A stretch of DNA of 64,000 nucleotides from an uncultured Gemmatimonadaceae bacterium (GTDB lineage: Bacteria > Gemmatimonadota > Gemmatimonadetes > Longimicrobiales > RSA9): the NCBI GenBank assembly GCA_964430275.1, contig CAYSGF010000027.1, forward strand, positions 8,133 through 72,132, in the 5' to 3' direction. The notes under the pieces were generated by a model, which was given only the letters and a program-made list of their open reading frames with translations, ran no database searches and was not told the origin of the DNA. Positions 23,704 through 33,061 of this stretch are shown in pieces; the stretch's first letter is position 1, and every line of letters begins with the position of its first letter. The position numbers and the translations under genes are program-made.

Positions 23704-25644
23704 TCAGCGCTCGTCCGACGCATCCGCGGTAATGCCGCTCAGCCGCCGGGCGATTTCGACCATGCGCACGAACTCCGCGCGGTAGCCGTTCGGATCGGCG
23801 CCGAGCGCACCGCGCGCCAGCGTCAGCACGTCACCGTAGCTCGTGGTGCCACGGTGCTCGGAATCGCGCAGCAGCATACCGAACGCCGCAACGGACGCCG
23901 CAAAGCGCAGGTCCTCGGATGCCTTGCTGCGTGGCGTGCGAACGGGCACCTCCAGCAGCCGGCTGGTCGTTCCGGTCGGCGGCTTGTAACGCAGCTTCAC
24001 GAACGCCAGCTCGGGGCCATTGCGCACGGCGTCGCCAGTGCGCTCCTGGTAGCGCAGCTCACCGGGCTCGCGGACCTCGACGGTGCCCTCGACGCCGACG
24101 GGCACGAGCTCGTACAGAGCCGTGACGGTGTGGCCTGCACCCAGCTCGCCAGCGTCCTTGCGGTCATCATCGAAATCTTCCGCGGCGAGCAGCCGGTTCT
24201 CGTAGCCGATCAGCCGATAGGAACGCACGTGTGCGGGGTTGAACTCGACCTGCAGCTTCACGTCCTTGGCAATCGTGACGAGGGTACCGCCCAGCTCGGT
24301 GACGAGGACCTTGCGTGCTTCCGCGAGATCATCAATGTACGCATAGTTGCCGTTCCCGTGGTCGGCCAGCGCCTCCATCTTCGAGTCCTTCAGGTTGCCC
24401 GTGCCGAAGCCGAGCACGGTCAGGAACGTGCCCTGCTCGCGCTTCGCCTCGATCAGCCGCCGCATCTCCGCATCGCTCGACACGCCGACGTTGAAGTCCC
24501 CGTCGGTGGCCAGGATCACGCGGTTGTTGCCGTTGCGCAGATGACTGGCGCGCGCGATGTCGTACGCGAGCCGGATCCCCGCTCCGCCCGCAGTCGAGCC
24601 GCCCGCCTCGAGGGCTTCGATCGCGTCCAGGATCTCACTCTTCTCGCTGCCGGGCGTCGACTCGAGAACCACGCCGGCACTGCCGGCGTAGACGACCAGC
24701 GCGACACGGTCCTGCGGCCGCAGCTCCTCGACGAGCAGCCGAAGCGCCTGCTTCAGCAACGGCAGCTTGTTCACTGGCGTCATCGAGCCGGATACGTCGA
24801 TGAGGAACACGAGATTGTTCGGTGGCAGATCGCTCATGTCGATGCGCCGCCCCTGCAGACTGATCCGAACGAGCTGATGCTGCGGCTGCCAGGGCGCCGA
24901 CATTGCCTCCGTCACCACCGCGAACGGCTCCTCGCCGCGCGGCTGCGCCACCCGGTAGGGGAAGTAGTTGACCATCTCCTCGATGCGGACTGCGTCCTTC
25001 GGCGGCAGCGCACCGTCCTTCAGGTAGCGACGGATGTTGCTGTATGATGCACGGTCGACGTCGATCGAGAACGTCGACAGCGGATTCGCGCGCACGGACA
25101 GGAACGCGTTCTCCTCGATCGCTGCGTACGATTCCGTGTTCCACGCCTCGCGGCGCAGACGGTAGGACTCGAGACCCGGTGGTGCAGGAGACACGGGCGG
25201 CATCGCGACGGAGCTCTGCATCGCTTCCGTACGCACGGCCGCTCGGTGCCTGCCCTCGCCGGGCAGCACTGGTGATTTGCTGGATGCATCCTGGGCCGTG
25301 ACGGCGAGTGTTTCGAGCGTCACGCCAGCCGGCGTGAGCGCGAAGTCGACCGCCAGCGAGTCACGGGTCAGCGCGAGCTGACGCTGCTGCGTCTCGTAGC
25401 CGATCGTCTGCGCCACCAGCGTGATCGTACTGCCACGCAGGGAAGCCGGCAGCTGCAGCCGGTACTCGCCGCCGGATCCGCTCAGGGTGCCGTGGTGCTG
25501 GCCGGCAACGAGAATCTGCACGCCGGCGACCGGCGTTCCCGCGCCCGCATCGGTCACGTGTCCCGTGACCACGACCGTACGAGTGTGCGCAGCACCCGCC
25601 GCCAGCAGGGCGAGCAGGGGGATGGCGAGGAGTGGTTTCATCAC
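23704..25644 (-). CDS. von Willebrand factor type A domain protein (YfbK-like) with N-terminal CarboxypepD_reg-like domain
   Basis: Signal peptide. A GHVTDAGAGTPVAGVQILV beta-sandwich. vWA MIDAS region (VFLIDVSGSM). Long conserved C-terminal domain. Confidence 0.85.
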   Translation of the reverse strand: MMKPLLAIPLLALLAAGAAHTRTVVVTGHVTDAGAGTPVAGVQILVAGQHHGTLSGSGGEYRLQLPASLRGSTITLVAQTIGYETQQRQLALTRDSLAVDFALTPAGVTLETLAVTAQDASSKSPVLPGEGRHRAAVRTEAMQSSVAMPPVSPAPPGLESYRLRREAWNTESYAAIEENAFLSVRANPLSTFSIDVDRASYSNIRRYLKDGALPPKDAVRIEEMVNYFPYRVAQPRGEEPFAVVTEAMSAPWQPQHQLVRISLQGRRIDMSDLPPNNLVFLIDVSGSMTPVNKLPLLKQALRLLVEELRPQDRVALVVYAGSAGVVLESTPGSEKSEILDAIEALEAGGSTAGGAGIRLAYDIARASHLRNGNNRVILATDGDFNVGVSSDAEMRRLIEAKREQGTFLTVLGFGTGNLKDSKMEALADHGNGNYAYIDDLAEARKVLVTELGGTLVTIAKDVKLQVEFNPAHVRSYRLIGYENRLLAAEDFDDDRKDAGELGAGHTVTALYELVPVGVEGTVEVREPGELRYQERTGDAVRNGPELAFVKLRYKPPTGTTSRLLEVPVRTPRSKASEDLRFAASVAAFGMLLRDSEHRGTTSYGDVLTLARGALGADPNGYRAEFVRMVEIARRLSGITADASDER

Positions 25645-25817
25645 GACCTCCGTGTGGGCAGCAGGCCGGCGTAGCAGAGTGCGCGGCCGGTCGATCTGCT
25701 GCTTTCACCCCGCAATGACGCCGGACCCTCTATTGCTTGCACATCCGCCTGCGCGTTTGCGGTCATCGAGGTCGGCGGGCATTATCCCGCAGCCACTTAC
25801 CCGAGACCCGCCGCCCC

Positions 25818-27335
25818 ATGAGTGACGCAGCGCCCACCAGCCTCCATGCCCTGCTCGCAGCTGCCGGCCTGCCGGCCGCAGGCCTCCCCGACCGCCAGGT
25901 GCACAGCATTACTGCGGATTCGCGGGAGGTGCGCCCGGGCTCCCTGTTCGTCGCGATTCCCGGCACGCGCGTGGATGGGCACCGCTTCGTTGCCGACGCC
26001 GCGCGCGCAGGCGCAGTGGCGGTGGTCCTGGAGCGGCTGCCCACCGGGCCGCTCGACCTGCCCATCCTGCGTGTCGACGACGCACGCAGCGCCATCGCCC
26101 GCCTCGCCGCCGCATGGCACGATCACCCCGCACGGCGGCTGCCCCTGATCGGGATCACCGGTACCGTCGGCAAGACCTCCGTGCTCACCATGGTCGAGGC
26201 GATCCTCAAGGAAGCGGGCATGCGCGTCGGCTCGATTGGCTCGCTGGGACTGCGCATCAACGGCAGCACCGTCGAGGAAAGCAGCTACACGGTGCCGGAG
26301 CCCCTCATGCTGCACCGGCAGCTGGCGCAGCTCGTGGCCGCGGACTGCGACGTGGGCGTCATGGAGGTGACGTCGCATGCGCTCGTGCAGCAGCGCGTCG
26401 CGGGAGTACAGTACGCGGCCGGCGTGTTCACGAACCTGGTGCCGCTCGAGCACGCGGAGTTCCATCGCAACTTCCGCGCATACGTGGAGGCGAAGACCCG
26501 CTTCTTCGACCACCTGGTGGACTGCGCGCCACTCGTGTACAACGCGGACGACCGCACGGTGCGCCGAATCGTTCCCGGCCCGTCCGTGTTACCTGTCGGG
26601 TGTGGCGCTGCGCGCACTGCCATGGTACGGACGGAAGCCGCCGAAGTGACGCCCGGCGGTACCACACTCGTGCTCGACGTGCGACGTCCGCTCCCGCGCC
26701 TCTCCGGTGACACCCTGCCAGAAGTGCAGCTGCCCCTGGAGCTGAAGCTGATCGGCCGCTCGAACGTGACGAATGCGACGCTCGCCGCCGCTACAGCACT
26801 CGTCGCAGGCGCGTCCGGCGCCGCCGTGCAGCGGGCACTCGCCATGCTGCCGGCGCCGCGCCGGCGTATGGAGGTCGTGCATCGGGGCGACTTCGTCGTG
26901 CTCGACGATACGGTCGGCCATCCGGACAGCGTGAGCGTTGTCTTCGAGACCGTCGAGCGGCTGGCACCACGCGCCATCCACGTGGCGTGGGCGGTGCGCG
27001 GGCAGCGCGGGGGCCGCATCAACCGCTACAACGCGGAGGCGCTCGCGATCTGGACTCGACGGCTTCCTGTCGCATCCCTGGTCGTCACGCGCAGCCGCGA
27101 GACCACCGATGAGCGCAACCGCGTCGATGACAAGGAGTACGCCGCGTTTCTCGGACCACTGCAGAAGGCGGGCATCGTGTTCGAGGCCGCTGACGACCTG
27201 CGGCCCGCGATCACGACGGTGCTCGACCGCGCCCGTGCAGGGGACGTCGTGCTGCTGCTCGGCGCACAGGGCATGAACGAGGGCGCCACGATCGCACGGG
27301 AGTGGCTGAGTGCCCACGCGTCGCCATCGGGGTGA
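25818..27335 (+). CDS. Mur ligase family protein (MurE-like paralogue)
   Basis: Start moved to ATG 25818. GITGTVGKTS P-loop and MEVTSHALVQQR. The canonical MurE DHLDYH region reads EHAEFH. It is not in a dcw cluster. Confidence 0.8.
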   Translation: MSDAAPTSLHALLAAAGLPAAGLPDRQVHSITADSREVRPGSLFVAIPGTRVDGHRFVADAARAGAVAVVLERLPTGPLDLPILRVDDARSAIARLAAAWHDHPARRLPLIGITGTVGKTSVLTMVEAILKEAGMRVGSIGSLGLRINGSTVEESSYTVPEPLMLHRQLAQLVAADCDVGVMEVTSHALVQQRVAGVQYAAGVFTNLVPLEHAEFHRNFRAYVEAKTRFFDHLVDCAPLVYNADDRTVRRIVPGPSVLPVGCGAARTAMVRTEAAEVTPGGTTLVLDVRRPLPRLSGDTLPEVQLPLELKLIGRSNVTNATLAAATALVAGASGAAVQRALAMLPAPRRRMEVVHRGDFVVLDDTVGHPDSVSVVFETVERLAPRAIHVAWAVRGQRGGRINRYNAEALAIWTRRLPVASLVVTRSRETTDERNRVDDKEYAAFLGPLQKAGIVFEAADDLRPAITTVLDRARAGDVVLLLGAQGMNEGATIAREWLSAHASPSG

Positions 27336-27401
27336 CGACGTGTACGATTGTTGCAAAGCGGCTCAGCCTCGCACACGCCGAGACCCGGCCGGAGGCAGAA
27401 C

Positions 27402-27887
27402 GTGGACAGACGACGCTGGATGCTGCTGCTCGCAGCTGCACTGATCGGCATTGCGATCGGACTCGGCAGCTTCACGTTCGTGTACGCGAAGGGCTATTCC
27501 TACCTCGGCACTGATCCGGCCGCCTGCGCCAACTGCCACATCATGGATGAGCACTACAGTGCGTGGCTGAAGTCGAGCCATCAGCCCGTCGCCACCTGCA
27601 ACGACTGCCACACGCCTCACGCGCTCGTGCCGAAGTATGCGACCAAGGCACGCAACGGCTTCTGGCACTCGTTCTACTTCACCACCGGCAACTTCCCCGA
27701 TCCGCTGCGCATCACCGAGCGCAATCACGAGATCGTCGAGCAGGCGTGTCGCGACTGCCACGAGGGGCTGGTCGAATCCATGCATGCCGGCGCCGATGCG
27801 CCCCCTGACGAGGTGCGCGGCTCCACCAGCAGAGCCGGAGTGGAATGCACACACTGCCATCGTTACGCAGGACACTGGGTGCGATGA
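27402..27887 (+). CDS. nrfH: cytochrome c nitrite reductase small subunit NrfH (NapC/NirT tetrahaem quinol dehydrogenase)
   Basis: One TM helix plus four CxxCH (CANCH, CNDCH, CRDCH, CTHCH). Start set to in-frame GTG 27402, with GGAGG at 27391-27395. Confidence 0.85.
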   Translation: MDRRRWMLLLAAALIGIAIGLGSFTFVYAKGYSYLGTDPAACANCHIMDEHYSAWLKSSHQPVATCNDCHTPHALVPKYATKARNGFWHSFYFTTGNFPDPLRITERNHEIVEQACRDCHEGLVESMHAGADAPPDEVRGSTSRAGVECTHCHRYAGHWVR

Positions 27888-27923
27888 CTACGCGTACGAG
27901 CACGGACTGAGGAGGCGCAGGGC

Positions 27924-29450
27924 ATGAACGACGCAGCAGACGGCCGACCCAAGATTCGCGCGGAGTGGCTCATCGTTGCGGCGATCGTTGCGGGCGTGGT
28001 CACACTCGGCCTGGCGGCGCTGCTTACGAACATCTTCGAGCGGCGGGCGGAAGCGCGCGACCCCTTCCATCGCGTGGTCGAGCTCAATGACAGCATCGTC
28101 GATCCGGCCGTCTGGGGTCAGAACTTCCCGATCCAGTACGACCTCTACAACAACACCGTCGACATGGTACGTACACGCTATGGCGGCAGCGAGGCACTTC
28201 CCCGCCAGCCGAGCGTCGAGGACCCGCGTGCGGAGGTCTCGACGTCACGGCTGGTCGAGGACCCGCGCCTGCGCGAGTTCTGGGCGGGCTATGCGTTCGC
28301 CGAGGATTTCCGTGAAGAGCGCGGTCACGCCTACATGTTCATCGATCAGGTGTTTACGGAGCGCCAGCAGGTGGTACAGCAGCCCGGTACCTGCCTGCAC
28401 TGCCACGCCTCCGTCTACACCGTGTACCGCGATGCCGGGGACGGCGACCTGATCGCCGGCTTCGAGCGCGTCAACCAGATGCCCTACCAGGAAGCAGCCG
28501 CGCTCGCCGAGCATCCGATCGCATGCATCGACTGCCACGACCCGGAAACGATGAACCTGCGCGTGACCCGCCCCGGCTTCATCGAAGGGATACGCTCGTA
28601 CATGACGGCGCGCGGCGATTCCAGCTTCGATGTGAACGAGGACGCAACCCGCCACGAGATGCGCACCTTCGTGTGTGCGCAGTGTCATGTCGAGTACTAC
28701 TTCCAGGGGCCCGAAAAGCGGCTCACGTACCCCTGGGCCAAGGGGCTGCGCGCCGACGAAATCCTCGCGTATTACGAGGAGACCGGCTTCAGCGACTGGA
28801 CGCACGCGATCAGCCAGGCGCCCGTCCTCAAGGCACAGCACCCCGAGTTCGAGCTGTACATGCAGGGCATCCACGCGCGCAGCGGTGTCATGTGTGCCGA
28901 TTGTCATATGCCCTACATCCGCACGGGCGCCATGAAGGTCAGCGACCACTGGGTGCGCAGCCCGCTGCTGAACGTGGACCGGGCGTGTCAGACCTGTCAC
29001 CGATGGTCGGAGGACGAACTGCGCAGCAGAGTGCATACCATGCAGGATCGCACATACCAGCTTCGGAATGTCGCGATCGATGCAGTGCTCGACCTGGCGA
29101 AGGCGATCCGCACGGAGTCCGCGAACGCAGCGGACGCAGCGCGCCTCACTGCAGCGCGCACCTACCAGCGACGCGCCCAGTTCCTGACGGACTTTATCGA
29201 AGCCGAGAACTCGATGGGTTTCCACGCCGACCAGGAAGCCGCGCGCGTGCTCGGCCTCGCGATCAACTACGCCCGACTCGGCTCGCTTGCGCTCTATGGC
29301 GACGCCATACCGCCCGCCGAGCTGCCGCTGATCCAGCCGCCGCCGCAAACGGTGGCGCCGGCCGAAGGACGACCCGGCGAGGTGTTCCGGCATCGCACCC
29401 AGCTGGATATGGCGCATCCGGAGAACAGGAACCAGGGCAATGATCCCTGA
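27924..29450 (+). CDS. nrfA: ammonia-forming pentahaem cytochrome c nitrite reductase NrfA (CxxCH-type active-site haem)
   Basis: Five haem motifs (CLHCH, CIDCH, CAQCH, CADCH, CQTCH). NrfA hallmarks: RGHAYMFIDQ, KAQHPEFE, AENSMGFHADQEA. N-terminal signal anchor. Confidence 0.9.
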   Translation: MNDAADGRPKIRAEWLIVAAIVAGVVTLGLAALLTNIFERRAEARDPFHRVVELNDSIVDPAVWGQNFPIQYDLYNNTVDMVRTRYGGSEALPRQPSVEDPRAEVSTSRLVEDPRLREFWAGYAFAEDFREERGHAYMFIDQVFTERQQVVQQPGTCLHCHASVYTVYRDAGDGDLIAGFERVNQMPYQEAAALAEHPIACIDCHDPETMNLRVTRPGFIEGIRSYMTARGDSSFDVNEDATRHEMRTFVCAQCHVEYYFQGPEKRLTYPWAKGLRADEILAYYEETGFSDWTHAISQAPVLKAQHPEFELYMQGIHARSGVMCADCHMPYIRTGAMKVSDHWVRSPLLNVDRACQTCHRWSEDELRSRVHTMQDRTYQLRNVAIDAVLDLAKAIRTESANAADAARLTAARTYQRRAQFLTDFIEAENSMGFHADQEAARVLGLAINYARLGSLALYGDAIPPAELPLIQPPPQTVAPAEGRPGEVFRHRTQLDMAHPENRNQGNDP

Positions 29451-29542
29451 GGAACACTTCCTGCCCGCTGCGCGTACTGCAGGCCGCCCCGCATAATGCA
29501 TCGAGTGGGCGGAACACGTATCCAGCATCATGGAGTGGCTTC

Positions 29543-30430
29543 ATGCTTCGGAAACGCTTGCTGTTCGCACCTCTGGCCGCAGCGGCGCTGGTCCTGGGCG
29601 CCTGCGAGGACACCTCTGGACCCGGTGACGGCGACGCACACCTCAGGGTGCTGCTGACGGATGCGCCGGCGGACTACCTCGAGAGTGCCGTCGTCGAGAT
29701 CGGCCGTATCGAGCTTCTGCCGGCCGACGAGGATGACGAGCGCGTCGTGATCGTCGAGGATGGCGGGGTATTCGACCTCCTCGACCTGCAGCATGGTGTG
29801 ACCGCGGAGCTCGCCTCGCTGACGCTCGAGCCAGGCGCGTATCGCGAGATGCGCATGATCGTGGAGAGCGCGGAGCTGACGCTCGCCGAGCCGTACACGT
29901 TCGAGGACGGTTCGATCACGCAGTCGCTCAACGTGCCGAGCGGCGCGCAGAGCGGCATCAAGGTCCGGCTGCATGACGGCGAGGAGGACGGCGATGACGG
30001 TGTCGAGATCCGGCCGGGTGAGACCGTGCTGGTCGTCGATTTCGATGTCTCGCAGAACTTCGTAATGCAGGGGAACGCCGAGACGCCGGCAGGCATCAAG
30101 GGCTTCCTCTTCACGCCGCGGCTGCATGCCGTCGTCCGCGACGTGGCCGGCTCGATCTCCGGTACCGTCAGTGCACCGGCGGAAGTCGAGCTGGAAGGCT
30201 TGCAGGTCACCGCCCTGCCGGTCGGAGCGGATGCGGATGACACCCCCCGCACGGCACTCGTCGAGGCGGACGGCACATACACGATCCACTTCGTCGCCCC
30301 GGACGTCTACGACGTCACGGTCGCTGCGCCCGCCGGGTACGTGGCCACGACCGTGGAGGTGGATGTGGACGAGGACGAGGACGTCAGCGATGTCGATCTG
30401 GAGATAAGTGCCGAGGAGAGCAGCGGCTGA
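29543..30430 (+). CDS. DUF4382-like lipoprotein with C-terminal CarboxypepD_reg-like beta-sandwich
   Basis: Lipobox LVLGAC. LRVLLTDAP ... FDLLDLQ pattern. GGAG-like RBS upstream of ATG 29543. Confidence 0.75.
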   Translation: MLRKRLLFAPLAAAALVLGACEDTSGPGDGDAHLRVLLTDAPADYLESAVVEIGRIELLPADEDDERVVIVEDGGVFDLLDLQHGVTAELASLTLEPGAYREMRMIVESAELTLAEPYTFEDGSITQSLNVPSGAQSGIKVRLHDGEEDGDDGVEIRPGETVLVVDFDVSQNFVMQGNAETPAGIKGFLFTPRLHAVVRDVAGSISGTVSAPAEVELEGLQVTALPVGADADDTPRTALVEADGTYTIHFVAPDVYDVTVAAPAGYVATTVEVDVDEDEDVSDVDLEISAEESSG

Positions 30431-30453
30431 GCCGGCTCTGCACCGGAATGAGA

Positions 30454-30490
30454 AACGGGGGCGGATCGCACGATCCGCCCCCGTTCGTTC
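30454..30490 (+). terminator. rho-independent terminator
   Basis: AACGGGGGCGGATCG (30454-30468) pairs with CGATCCGCCCCCGTT (30471-30485), followed by CGTTCGTT. It starts 24 nt after the DUF4382 stop. Confidence 0.8.
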
Positions 30491-30608
30491 GTTGAGCCGC
30501 TTCCCGCACTGCGCCTGGCGCTTGCATTGTCGCGGCCCGGTCGCGCAGGTTGTTGCCCGCCGTTACAATGCCAGCACCCGCTGACCCGGATCCGATGAGA
30601 CGACGGCC

Positions 30609-32333
30609 GTGAGTGCAGTCCTGTCAGCCGCGATCCCGATCGCCATGGCCGTGATCGGCGGCCTCGGCATCTTCATGCTCGGCATGAAGTTCATGTCGGA
30701 GGGGGTGCAGGCGGTGGCCGGCGGCTCGCTGCGGCGGCTCATCAGCCTGGTGACCGACAACCGGGTCATGGCGGTCGGCGTCGGAACGCTCGTGACGATG
30801 ATGGTGCAGTCGTCGTCCGTCACGACCGTAATCGTCGTCGGGCTCGTGAACGCCGGCCTGATGCAGCTCCACCAGGCGGTCGGCGTGATGGTCGGCGCGA
30901 ACATCGGCACGACGATCACCGGCTGGATCCTGGTCCTGAAGATCGGCGTGTACGGGCTGCCGCTCCTTGGCATATCCGCACTCGTCTACCTGTTCACCCG
31001 CTCCGATCGCCCCCGCTTCATTGCCATGGCCGTCATGGGCCTGGGCATGATCTTCTTCGGACTGGAGCTGATGAAGGACGGCTTCGCCCCGATGGCGGAC
31101 AACCCCCGCTTCGTCGAGGCGTTCTCCTGGTTCCAGGCCGACAGCTACTTCGGTGTGCTGAAGAGCGTCGCCGTCGGCTGCATCCTGACGGTGCTCGTAC
31201 AGAGCAGCTCCGCGACGCTCGGCATCACGATCGGTCTCGCGTCCACCGGCGTCATCCCCTTCACGACCGCCGCTGCGCTCGTGCTGGGCGAGAACATCGG
31301 TACCACGATCACGGTCCTGCTCGCGTCGATCGGCGGAACCACGGATGCGAAGCGCGCCGCCTATGCGCACGTCCTCTTCAATGTCTTCGGTGTGCTCTGG
31401 ATCACTGCGGTCTTCCAGTGGTATATCCGCGTGATCGCCGGCCTCGTGACGGGCCTGCAGGGACTCGATCCGATGCTGCTCACGCTGCCGACCGCCCCCA
31501 GCCCCGAGGTCTTCGCCGCCGTCGTCACGGCTGGCATCGCACTGACGCACACCGGCTTCAATGTCACGAATACCCTGCTCTTCCTGCCCTTCCTGCACCG
31601 CTACGCCGGGTTACTCGAACGGATCGTGCCGGAGCCGGCGCACAAGGAAGTGTCGAAGCTGCGCCACCTCGATGCGCGCGGCGTCGACTCGCCCGTCCTC
31701 GGCGTCGAGGCGAGCCGCCGCGAGGTCGTGCAGATGGCCACCGGCCCCGTCAAGATGATGGACTGGATCCGCACCATCGCCTTCGACGAGCCGGACAACG
31801 AAGAGCTCATCAAGAAGACGTTCCACCGTGAAGAGATCCTCGATGACGTGCAGAAGGAGGTCGTCGCGTTCCTCACGGAAGTGCTCGACGCGAACGTGCC
31901 CTACGCGGTCGCGGAAGAGGGCCGCCAGCAGTTCCGTCTCGCCCACGAGTTCGAGTCGATCAGCGACCGCCTCGCCAGCGTGCTGAAGAGCTACATCCGC
32001 TTGCGTGACCAGAAACTGGAGCTGCCGCCCGAACAGCGCGAGGAGTTGCTCACCCTCCATGACAGTGTCGCGGACTTCCTGCGCCGTGTCACCGAGGCCT
32101 ACGGCGAGCGTCGAACCATCAGCGACGCCGAAGCGGGCGCCGCGAACGGCCGGATCTCCCAGCAGGTCCGCCGGCTGCGCAATGAGCACCTGCAGCGCAT
32201 GACCGACGGCCACATCGACCCGAACATCAGCCTCGTGTTCACCGGCCTGCTCACCGAGTACCGGCGCATTCGCGCACACATCACCAACGTCCACGAGGCC
32301 GCCGCTGGCATGAAGGTCGCCGGCATCGCCTGA
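30609..32333 (+). CDS. Na/Pi cotransporter family protein with PhoU-like C-terminal domain
   Basis: GTG start at 30609. Duplicated Na/Pi-cotransporter motifs (QSSSVTTVIVVGL and QSSSATLGITIGL). Helical PhoU-like tail. Confidence 0.9.
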   Translation: MSAVLSAAIPIAMAVIGGLGIFMLGMKFMSEGVQAVAGGSLRRLISLVTDNRVMAVGVGTLVTMMVQSSSVTTVIVVGLVNAGLMQLHQAVGVMVGANIGTTITGWILVLKIGVYGLPLLGISALVYLFTRSDRPRFIAMAVMGLGMIFFGLELMKDGFAPMADNPRFVEAFSWFQADSYFGVLKSVAVGCILTVLVQSSSATLGITIGLASTGVIPFTTAAALVLGENIGTTITVLLASIGGTTDAKRAAYAHVLFNVFGVLWITAVFQWYIRVIAGLVTGLQGLDPMLLTLPTAPSPEVFAAVVTAGIALTHTGFNVTNTLLFLPFLHRYAGLLERIVPEPAHKEVSKLRHLDARGVDSPVLGVEASRREVVQMATGPVKMMDWIRTIAFDEPDNEELIKKTFHREEILDDVQKEVVAFLTEVLDANVPYAVAEEGRQQFRLAHEFESISDRLASVLKSYIRLRDQKLELPPEQREELLTLHDSVADFLRRVTEAYGERRTISDAEAGAANGRISQQVRRLRNEHLQRMTDGHIDPNISLVFTGLLTEYRRIRAHITNVHEAAAGMKVAGIA

Positions 32334-32336
32334 ACC

Positions 32337-32461
32337 CGGACCATGATTGACTGTTCACTTTTGGCCGTATCGAGCATGCCTCGTTTTGGGCGCTTTCCCT
32401 GCGACCGGCCTGCACTCGTGGGATGGCGCCAACGGCCAAAAGTGAACAGTCAATCATGGTC
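32337..32461. repeat. REP doublet (REPIN-like): two perfect 30-nt inverted copies separated by 65 bp
   Basis: GGACCATGATTGACTGTTCACTTTTGGCCG at 32337-32366 and its exact reverse complement at 32432-32461. It sits between convergent genes and shares the ends GGACCATGATTGA...TTGGCC with the repeats flanking the RAYT gene at 44836 and 45845. Confidence 0.9.
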
Positions 32462-32986
32462 CGGAGTCGGGGTCCGCAGCGTGAACCACGACTGGCGCAC
32501 GATGGCGATGACGCCCCAGGCGAGGGCCGCGGCGACCGCAAAGTCGATGATGCCGCGCCAGGGCTCCGGGAGCCGGCTGACGGTGAGCACGGCGGCGATG
32601 ATGGCGGTGACGCCGGCCCAGGGGCGAGCGACGCCGCGGGCAGAGGGCGCGACGAGCCCCATGGCGAAGAGCGGCGCGAGCACGCGCAGGTCGCGACGCG
32701 GCTCGGTCTGCAGGGCGGCGGACCGAGCCACGGCGCGAGGCACCCATCGGCGGGCGAGGCCGAGGATTCCTTCGCCGTAAACGAACGCGGCGGTGAGGAC
32801 GAGGAACACGACCCACTCGCCGGTGGTAAGTCCTGCGCGTAACGTGGCAATGCCGCGCCCACCCAGGCGCAGGACGGCGCTGAGGAAGAGCAGCACGAGG
32901 CCGGCAACGGCCCACCAGGACGCGAGCTTCACCGCCGAATCCTGCCGGTGCGGCCGTTCAGCCACAAGACCGGCTCGGCAGTTCAC
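32450..32986 (-). CDS. hypothetical membrane protein (about 4 TM helices)
   Basis: Hydrophobic helices throughout. Start uncertain: ATG 32986 or GTG 32932 (AGGA upstream). The last four codons and the stop (PDHD*) are encoded by the REP sequence. Confidence 0.5.
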   Translation of the reverse strand: MNCRAGLVAERPHRQDSAVKLASWWAVAGLVLLFLSAVLRLGGRGIATLRAGLTTGEWVVFLVLTAAFVYGEGILGLARRWVPRAVARSAALQTEPRRDLRVLAPLFAMGLVAPSARGVARPWAGVTAIIAAVLTVSRLPEPWRGIIDFAVAAALAWGVIAIVRQSWFTLRTPTPDHD

Positions 32987-33061
32987 GCGCTTTGCCGGAA
33001 CGGGTCGATGATATCAAGTTGCCGATGGACGTACAGGACGATTCTCGATCAGGGGGCACGG

